Of a stretch of DNA of 59,968 nt, positions 54,342 to 59,968 are shown in pieces; the stretch's first letter is position 1, and every line of letters begins with the position of its first letter. Both the position numbers and the translations under genes were made by a program. A model generated the notes under the pieces. The model was given only the letters and a program-made list of their open reading frames with translations. It was not told where the DNA came from and did no database searches. The stretch is taken from the NCBI GenBank assembly GCA_964473285.1, contig CAYYOI010000004.1, positions 1-59,968 of the forward strand. The letters run 5' to 3'. This DNA is from an uncultured Methanosarcinales archaeon (GTDB lineage: Archaea > Nanobdellota > Nanobdellia > Woesearchaeales > JACJVW01).

Positions 54342-55408
54342 TCTTTTCCCTCCATATATGCTACTAGTTCATTCCATTCGGTTGTCAGATCACTGCTTTG
54401 TTGATCGATTGGTTTTTTGAAGAAAAGTTTCAGGTGTCTTAGCAAACCAGATTCCTGGTTTCGTATTGCATGCTCGACGAGCCGTGCAAGGTCAAGCACA
54501 AGGGGTGCAGCAAGAAGTGAGTCACAGCCATGCCAGGTAAATTGCATGCTCATCTTTGCACCCATGAATCCTTCAAAATGAATGTAGTCCCAGGCGATCT
54601 TCCAGTCATCAATGGAGGGAACATAGTCTATTCCAACGTGGGTGTGCGGGGTGTATCCAAGAATGCCTGGAAGAACGCTGTCTTTTGTCACTGTTTTTGA
54701 TGCTTTGTTTTCTGGGACTGCAAGTGATGCTCCGTCTTTGTTGCCGAGAATGTTGTATCCCTGCCAGGAGAGTACTTTTAGGGCCCTGTGTTTAAATAGG
54801 GGTGCAAGTGCGCATTTGACAAGGGTTTCGCCTGTTTTCCCGTCATTTCCTGCAAACGCGAGTCTGTTGTTTTTTGCCAGCTGTTGGATTGCTGGAGAAA
54901 GAAACCCCTGGGAGGGGGTAAAGTTTATGAGATGACATCCTGTCTTGATCCCTGCGTAGGCGTAGAGGGTAGATACGGGCAGGCTGTCTTCTTTGATTGC
55001 TTGTTCGAGCGCATCTGGTTCATAGAAGGATTGGTTTTTTTCGGGTATGGGCTCAGTCGATGCGAGGTTTACCATGATAACCATATCAAGGTCCTTTTTG
55101 AAAGCGTTTATATCCTCGATTAATTGATCAAATTGAAAGCTTGAGGTTATCCCGTCGGTTATTGACGCGGGTTTTATGTCTTTGACACTTTTGTAAAGTG
55201 ATACATCATTTGTTATTTCAAGAAATCGCGCCACCGGATCACTCTTATGAATATCACAGCCACCAACAGTGATGTCGCTTAGCGGGAGCATCCCTTTGAA
55301 CTGTTCTGTGATAAGGCCTGTCTCTTTAATCCCTCCTGCTGCATGCGCAGTAAGAATTGTTGATCCGACAGACCCATGCGCCCCTATAATCCATAATCCT
55401 GTTTTCAT
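54338..55408 (-). CDS. ino1: myo-inositol-1-phosphate (inositol-3-phosphate) synthase
   Basis: GAHGSVG, NFTPS, GNDGKTGETLVK, NILGNKDG, DDWKIAWD, GCDSLLAAPLVLDL. Confidence 0.92.
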   Translation of the reverse strand: MKTGLWIIGAHGSVGSTILTAHAAGGIKETGLITEQFKGMLPLSDITVGGCDIHKSDPVARFLEITNDVSLYKSVKDIKPASITDGITSSFQFDQLIEDINAFKKDLDMVIMVNLASTEPIPEKNQSFYEPDALEQAIKEDSLPVSTLYAYAGIKTGCHLINFTPSQGFLSPAIQQLAKNNRLAFAGNDGKTGETLVKCALAPLFKHRALKVLSWQGYNILGNKDGASLAVPENKASKTVTKDSVLPGILGYTPHTHVGIDYVPSIDDWKIAWDYIHFEGFMGAKMSMQFTWHGCDSLLAAPLVLDLARLVEHAIRNQESGLLRHLKLFFKKPIDQQSSDLTTEWNELVAYMEGKE

Positions 55409-55459
55409 GGGATTATGTTCAAGAGAACTGATTTTTAAGAGTTATGTAAGTATCCTTTA

Positions 55460-55663
55460 TTATGGAATTACTCTTATCTTTGAGGATTTCTGGTTCTCAT
55501 GCAAATCAATCAGCTTGTAGTCTTTTAGCCCCTGTTGTTTTGCCCAGGCTTCAGCGGCTTCTTTTGTCTTGAAGCTTTTTGGTCGTGTCTTCCTGTAGCG
55601 TGAAAGCTTGGTGTGGCGTGATCCGCCTCTCTTGAAATCCCTTTGTTTTACGTGATTGCTCAT
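55460..55663 (-). CDS. small basic hypothetical protein co-transcribed with the ribosomal operon
   Basis: 67 aa, K/R-rich, starts 1 nt after the rpoN stop. Confidence 0.75.
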   Translation of the reverse strand: MSNHVKQRDFKRGGSRHTKLSRYRKTRPKSFKTKEAAEAWAKQQGLKDYKLIDLHENQKSSKIRVIP

Positions 55664-55664
55664 T

Positions 55665-55862
55665 TTACACCTTCTTGTATTCGCCGGTTATGTCGATAAG
55701 ATCAACGTGGCCCAAAAACATGGTCCTGCAGCAATACCTTTCCAATCCAATGGAATCAAGGACTTTCTTTTTGTTCTCTCCGCTTTCAACCCTTTCCTTA
55801 TACTCTTCCCATAGGTGGGCGATGGGTTTTCCGCAACTGAAGCATCTTATAGGTATGATCAT
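55665..55862 (-). CDS. rpoN: DNA-directed RNA polymerase subunit N (Rpo10)
   Basis: [12 protein letters not shown]...RYCCR; GGTGA SD before ATG55862. Confidence 0.97.
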   Translation of the reverse strand: MIIPIRCFSCGKPIAHLWEEYKERVESGENKKKVLDSIGLERYCCRTMFLGHVDLIDITGEYKKV

Positions 55863-55867
55863 TGGGC

Positions 55868-56257
55868 TCACCTGTAACTTTTCTGTCTTTTTGCCCTGGC
55901 ATTGCCACGGGTGTTTGGTTTTCGGCTTTCTCTTCTCCTTACGTCTGCGACAAGCAGTTTCCTGTCATAGTCAAGAAGGATCTCTTCGTTTGATTCGTCA
56001 AATTCGACAAGGGCACGGGAGAGTGCGAGACGTGAGGCATCTGCCTGGCTCATGACGCCGCCACCGTTGGTACGGATGGATACATCAATCTTTTTTGCGT
56101 TCTCTCCTATGAGGATGATGGGTTCCATTATCTTCATCTGTGCGTATTTTGGTGTGTAATTTTCAAGAGGTATGCCATTTATGCTTACTGAGCCCTTGCC
56201 TTTCTTGAGGCTTGCTCGTGCGATGGCTCTTTTCCTTTTTCCTGAGGTCGTAATCAT
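55868..56257 (-). CDS. rps9: 30S ribosomal protein S9 (uS9)
   Basis: [31 protein letters not shown]; ATGA overlap with L13. Confidence 0.97.
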   Translation of the reverse strand: MITTSGKRKRAIARASLKKGKGSVSINGIPLENYTPKYAQMKIMEPIILIGENAKKIDVSIRTNGGGVMSQADASRLALSRALVEFDESNEEILLDYDRKLLVADVRRRESRKPNTRGNARAKRQKSYR

Positions 56258-56661
56258 ATTTTTCCACCCAGTTGCCTGCATATTTCCTGTATTGTGACGT
56301 ATTTCAAGTTTGGAATCTTTGAAACATTTGCTTCTTTTATTGTTGTGGCCTTGCCTTCGAACTGGCTAGGTGTGCCAACATAGCACTTGATCCGTGCGAA
56401 TGCATCAGGTCCCCGTCCGCGTTTAGGTATCATGCCGCGGAGCAGGCGTTTCACGAAAAGGTCGGATCGCCTTGGGATGAAAGGTCCCTTGAATGTTCCA
56501 CGATCCCTCTTTTGCTTGTAGTCTGCATAGACTTTTTCCTTGGTGCCGGTAATGATGGCCTTATCAGTATTAACAATTATCACGTCTTCACCGAGAAGAG
56601 CTTTCTTTGCAGCTACTGTCCCGAGACGTCCTATGATTAAGTCTTTTGCGTCAATGATCAT
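56254..56661 (-). CDS. rpl13: 50S ribosomal protein L13 (uL13)
   Basis: IIDAKDLIIGRLGTVAAK, GPFIPRRSD, RGMIP. Confidence 0.97.
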   Translation of the reverse strand: MIIDAKDLIIGRLGTVAAKKALLGEDVIIVNTDKAIITGTKEKVYADYKQKRDRGTFKGPFIPRRSDLFVKRLLRGMIPKRGRGPDAFARIKCYVGTPSQFEGKATTIKEANVSKIPNLKYVTIQEICRQLGGKI

Positions 56662-56662
56662 T

Positions 56663-57022
56663 TTAACCAATAATCCTCAAGTTTTTTCCTTTAGGGTTTT
56701 TTGCAAGGAGTTCGTTGATCGTGAGCACTTTGCCGTCTGCCTTCTCAATCTCCTGACGTGCGCTGTCTGACACTGCAAAGGCTGCGATGGTTAGCTTGTG
56801 GCTGATTGTGCCGGTTCCAAGAACCTTACCTGGAACAACTATCATCTCACCTTCCTTGGTGTTGCGATTGATGCGGGCAATGTTTACGGCTCGCTTGTTG
56901 CGTGCTGGCTTCTCTAGGTCTTCTGCTACGCGTTTCCAGATGTTTACTTTTTCATCTATGGAAGTAGCTTTAAGCTTGCGAATGAGTTCGCACAAATGTG
57001 GGTTTATTGGTCCGCGTTTCAT
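56663..57022 (-). CDS. rpl18e: 50S ribosomal protein L18e (eL18)
   Basis: WKRVAEDL, VNIARINR, VVPGKVLGTG. Confidence 0.97.
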   Translation of the reverse strand: MKRGPINPHLCELIRKLKATSIDEKVNIWKRVAEDLEKPARNKRAVNIARINRNTKEGEMIVVPGKVLGTGTISHKLTIAAFAVSDSARQEIEKADGKVLTINELLAKNPKGKNLRIIG

Positions 57023-57023
57023 T

Positions 57024-57569
57024 TTACCACTGGTCTAATATATTTGATACTCGTGCTTGTTGTTGTTCTTGTTGGTATTTTGCCACCTTGAACTGGTAGA
57101 CTGCTTGCTGCACCTGGGTGCATACTGTGTCTACCTTGTCTATAAACTCAAGTTGCAGGTTCGGGATGTCAGTCTCGGATGCCTCGATTATTAGGGTACC
57201 ATAACCGAGCAGGTTCTGGGGCAGGGAGCTCTTGTCAAAGATTACCCTTGTTATGTTTGCAAAGGGTATGGTCCTGCTTTTTGTCATCAGCCTGTCGGGG
57301 TAGACTGTTAGTTCCTTGCTGTATTTCAGGTTTACAAGCCCGAAAGTCAGCAAGATTATCAATGCACCTGTAAGGGTGAGTTTTACTTCATCGATATCGA
57401 AACTGATACCGATGATGTCCAGGCTTTCGCCGACCAGTTCAGGGATGTTGATGCCAATGATGTGCATCAAACCTAAGTGCAATGCAAGCACTGCGACTAT
57501 CGCTCCGACAATCCCAAGGGTTGTCAGGAGGTTTATCCTTTTGAGGTCGGGTTTGATTACCCAGGTCAT
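57024..57569 (-). CDS. membrane protein with a bacterial PH-like (bPH_2) domain
   Basis: Two TM segments then IPFANITRV..Q.LLGYGTLIIE..LEFI. Confidence 0.75.
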   Translation of the reverse strand: MTWVIKPDLKRINLLTTLGIVGAIVAVLALHLGLMHIIGINIPELVGESLDIIGISFDIDEVKLTLTGALIILLTFGLVNLKYSKELTVYPDRLMTKSRTIPFANITRVIFDKSSLPQNLLGYGTLIIEASETDIPNLQLEFIDKVDTVCTQVQQAVYQFKVAKYQQEQQQARVSNILDQW

Positions 57570-57574
57570 CGTGA

Positions 57575-57658
57575 TGCGAGGGACGAGGTTTGAACTCGCG
57601 CAGGCACTAAGCCACTAGGCCCTCAACCTAGCCCGTTTGACCACTCCGGCACCCTCGC
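57575..57658 (-). tRNA. tRNA-Leu(GAG)
   Basis: Acceptor GCGAGGG/CCCTCGC-A, D-loop AGTGGTCAA, anticodon arm CTAGG-TTGAGGG-CCTAG, long variable arm, T-loop TTCAAAC; CCA not encoded; no intron. Confidence 0.96.
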
Positions 57659-58429
57659 TTAAATTTGGTCGCTAAAGGCTTTGATACGTTCACCGAGGAT
57701 GTCAAATGCTTTTTGAACGATATCCCTGCAACCAAGCTGGCCGAATGATTCCATGTAAAACACAAATGAGGATCGGTCGTATTCGACTGTGAGTATATTC
57801 TCATCTATACCGTCAACAGCATCAATCAGCTGGGGTGTGTTTATCTTGTTCTTATCTATCTTGCCGTTCTTGTCAAGGATAGATTTCGGGAATCTTTCAT
57901 CCTGGATCTTGCCGGTGGTATGGACGGTTATCTTTGGCTTGTATGAATACCATACATGAGCAGGGGTCCATTTTGCATGGACTCGTCCTTTTCCAAGGAT
58001 TGCAGTCCCTATGACTTCAATCTCCTGGCCTTTTGCGAGTTTTGTTATGGGCATGTTTGGATATACAGGCACTACTGCGGGATCTTTTGATTCGAACTGG
58101 CTTGCAGTCACAAAACCAGGCTTGTTGCCTTTAAGGACAAGCTGGACTGAGCATCTTGCGCAGCCTTCTCCGTTGCACTTGCAGTCTTCCTGTAATTCAT
58201 ATGTCTTAAGATCTGTAGTCAGTGGAAGGAGGCCAACTCTGTGAGCGATAACCTCATCGTAGAGTATGGAGCTATTCTTTGATATCTCTGCAATTTCTAT
58301 TGCCATGGTCGGGACATCGTCTATTATTGTCCTTCTCAGGGCATTTGCAAATGCAGGGCTTATGCTTGAGATTGAGAATGACAGTTTTCTTGCCTTCTTA
58401 TCTTCATCTAGGATTGTGATGCTCATCAT
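57659..58429 (-). CDS. rpoD: DNA-directed RNA polymerase subunit D (Rpo3)
   Basis: [46 protein letters not shown]; ATGA overlap with S11 sets the start at 58429. Confidence 0.97.
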   Translation of the reverse strand: MMSITILDEDKKARKLSFSISSISPAFANALRRTIIDDVPTMAIEIAEISKNSSILYDEVIAHRVGLLPLTTDLKTYELQEDCKCNGEGCARCSVQLVLKGNKPGFVTASQFESKDPAVVPVYPNMPITKLAKGQEIEVIGTAILGKGRVHAKWTPAHVWYSYKPKITVHTTGKIQDERFPKSILDKNGKIDKNKINTPQLIDAVDGIDENILTVEYDRSSFVFYMESFGQLGCRDIVQKAFDILGERIKAFSDQI

Positions 58430-58824
58430 ACTCGCCTCCCACGTCTTCCTCCTTTCTTCTTGCAACCATCATGAGGTACTGTTGTGACGTCCTCGATGGT
58501 TCCAATCTTGAGACCTGTACGGGAGAGCGCCCTGATAGCTGCCTGGGCACCTGGACCTGGATTGTTTGGTCCGTTATGCCCGCCCGGTGCTCTTATCTTG
58601 ACGTGGATTCCTGTAATCCCTTTTTCCAGGGTGCCTTCTGCTGCCCTTTTTGCCGCCATCATGGCTGCTGTAGGGCTGGATTCCATACGGTCTGCTTTAA
58701 CAACCATGCCACCGCTTGCTTTTGCAATGGTCTCTGTTCCTGTCATGTCAGTCACATGGATGATAGTATTGTTATATGATGCGTAGATGTGCGCTATTCC
58801 CCAACGTAGTTCTTTGCGTGCCAT
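58426..58824 (-). CDS. rps11: 30S ribosomal protein S11 (uS11)
   Basis: [44 protein letters not shown]. Confidence 0.98.
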   Translation of the reverse strand: MARKELRWGIAHIYASYNNTIIHVTDMTGTETIAKASGGMVVKADRMESSPTAAMMAAKRAAEGTLEKGITGIHVKIRAPGGHNGPNNPGPGAQAAIRALSRTGLKIGTIEDVTTVPHDGCKKKGGRRGRRV

Positions 58825-58826
58825 TT

Positions 58827-59348
58827 TTATTCTTCTTTGATCTCAACTGTTCGTTCAGGATGATCCTCACTCTTGAGTGTGGATACTGGTGAAAATCCTA
58901 CTTCTTCATCAACCCTTACAAGATACGAGGGTACGCGCATGCTCTTATTATTCACTGTGACGTGCCCGTGGGTTATGAACTGGCGTGCCTGCCTGAATGT
59001 GCGTGCCAGGCCTTTCCTTACTACCTGGGTCTGGAGGCGGCGCTCGAAAATATCTTTTTCAGTAAGAGACAAAATGTCGTTGATTGTGCCGTTCTCAGGA
59101 AGGATGCCCATCTTGTGGAGACCTAATACTAGTTGTTCGCTCTCTTTTATGGACTCCTGGTCTGATTCCCGAACAAGATTCTTTGCAAGGGATGCGTAAT
59201 GCCTGAGTTTTGCCTGTGCTTTCCAGATCTCTTTTTTGTTCTTGAGACCGTATTCTTTTATGAAGACCCCTTCTGTCTCCAGGCGTTGTTTTTGCCATGG
59301 ATGGGAGGGTTTGATGAATTTTTTCCTGTGTTTTCTTGGATCGCCCAT
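58827..59348 (-). CDS. rps4: 30S ribosomal protein S4 (uS4)
   Basis: [37 protein letters not shown]. Confidence 0.98.
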   Translation of the reverse strand: MGDPRKHRKKFIKPSHPWQKQRLETEGVFIKEYGLKNKKEIWKAQAKLRHYASLAKNLVRESDQESIKESEQLVLGLHKMGILPENGTINDILSLTEKDIFERRLQTQVVRKGLARTFRQARQFITHGHVTVNNKSMRVPSYLVRVDEEVGFSPVSTLKSEDHPERTVEIKEE

Positions 59349-59358
59349 TTTCTAGCAC

Positions 59359-59811
59359 CTATTTCTTACGTTTAACTCCGATGGTCTTGCTGCGCTTGTT
59401 CCTGAAATTGGACTTGGTACGCTGGCCACGGGTGGTGAGGCCTGCTGCTGCGCGTAAACCGCGGTAGCTCTTGATCTTTTGAAGGAACTTCAGATCGGAA
59501 GACTGGATATACTTTACATCGGTTGAAAGAAGATGCCTGTCTTCGCCGGTCTCGGGATCGCATCGCCTGTTGTAGAGCATCTCCGGGATGTGTCCGACCG
59601 GGCTCTTGATGATGTTGTTGAGCTGCTCAACCTCTGCATCTGAAAGGTCTCCTGTGTAGCGATCCTTGCTGATGCCTGCTGCCTTCAGGACAGCGTTTGA
59701 AAACATGAAGCTGATTCCTTTTATAAAGGTTAGAGCAGTATAGATATCTTTTTCACCTTTCAAATCGGTGTTCATGATCCGTACCAATTGCTTTCGTTTT
59801 TTTTCTGCCAT
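59359..59811 (-). CDS. rps13: 30S ribosomal protein S13 (uS13)
   Basis: VRIMNTDLKG, IKGI, NRRCDPETG, SYRGLR..GL..RGQRTKS. Confidence 0.98.
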   Translation of the reverse strand: MAEKKRKQLVRIMNTDLKGEKDIYTALTFIKGISFMFSNAVLKAAGISKDRYTGDLSDAEVEQLNNIIKSPVGHIPEMLYNRRCDPETGEDRHLLSTDVKYIQSSDLKFLQKIKSYRGLRAAAGLTTRGQRTKSNFRNKRSKTIGVKRKK

Positions 59812-59819
59812 TTTTAACT

Positions 59820-59867
59820 ACCCTGAGAAATGAAGACCCTGGCGGCGCTCCATGGTGAAACTCGGGT
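59820..59867 (-). promoter_or_regulatory. structured 5' leader of the S13 operon
   Basis: Outer stem ACCC-GAG/CTC-A-GGGT and inner stem ACCATGG/CCAGGGT (- strand). Confidence 0.4.
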
Positions 59868-59890
59868 TTATGTTTGGAGAAATTGGGTTC

Positions 59891-59899
59891 CTTTAAAAA
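59891..59899 (-). promoter_or_regulatory. TATA box of the ribosomal protein operon
   Basis: TTTTTAAAG on the - strand, ~25 nt upstream of the leader hairpin. Confidence 0.55.
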
Positions 59900-59968
59900 T
59901 ATTGTGGTTTACAAGAGTTTTTCGAATAATATTAGTCTAGGCCTCTAGCCTATAGAAAGTGAAGAGAT

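Noticed and set aside
57575-57600. tRNA-Leu 3' end as attachment site of an integrated element
   Set aside because: No duplicated tRNA 3' end or integrase was found, and ribosomal genes continue after a single inserted ORF
58430-58465. N-terminal extensions of rpoD (also rps9, rpl13, rpoN) given by the ORF track
   Set aside because: Downstream ATGs coincide with stop/start overlaps or an SD motif and match the expected N-termini
313-59563. Numerous 60-125-aa ORFs overlapping long genes (antisense or off-frame)
   Set aside because: Shadow ORFs with no recognisable motifs, lying within well-supported genes
1-59968. CRISPR array, transposase, integrase or diversity-generating retroelement
   Set aside because: No regularly spaced DNA repeats, recombinase or reverse-transcriptase motifs, or TR/VR-like pair were seen by eye; the protein repeats are diverged at DNA level

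Overview
Archaeal genomic DNA, most likely DPANN (Nanobdellota/Woesearchaeales-like). The assignment is inferred from the archaeal ribosomal/RNAP operon and DPANN-typical surface-protein motifs. The first 44 kb is one translationally coupled four-gene operon on the + strand. Gene 1 is a ~11,780-aa secreted, sequon- and Cys-rich surface protein ending in one TM helix and a cytoplasmic HerA/VirB4-like ATPase. Gene 2 is a 664-aa miniature paralog carrying only the membrane-proximal domains plus the same ATPase. Gene 3 is a coiled-coil protein. Gene 4 is an ~1,863-aa membrane-anchored protein with two Cys-stapled alpha/alpha-toroid domains. The giant ectodomain appears built by recursive domain-in-domain insertion: five telescoped copies of one domain near the N-terminus, a ~3,470-aa branch inside a single Ig-like repeat, and beta-propellers at branch tips. 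Downstream on the - strand are a three-gene operon (lipoprotein, Cys-repeat protein, prenyltransferase-like toroid), a membrane protein + wHTH pair, an ebo-like cluster (inositol-phosphate synthase, TatD, isomerase, UbiA, phosphodiesterase, methyltransferase), and the operon S13-S4-S11-rpoD-tRNA-Leu-L18e-L13-S9-rpoN with two extra embedded genes. All domain calls come from motif reading by eye; no searches were run.
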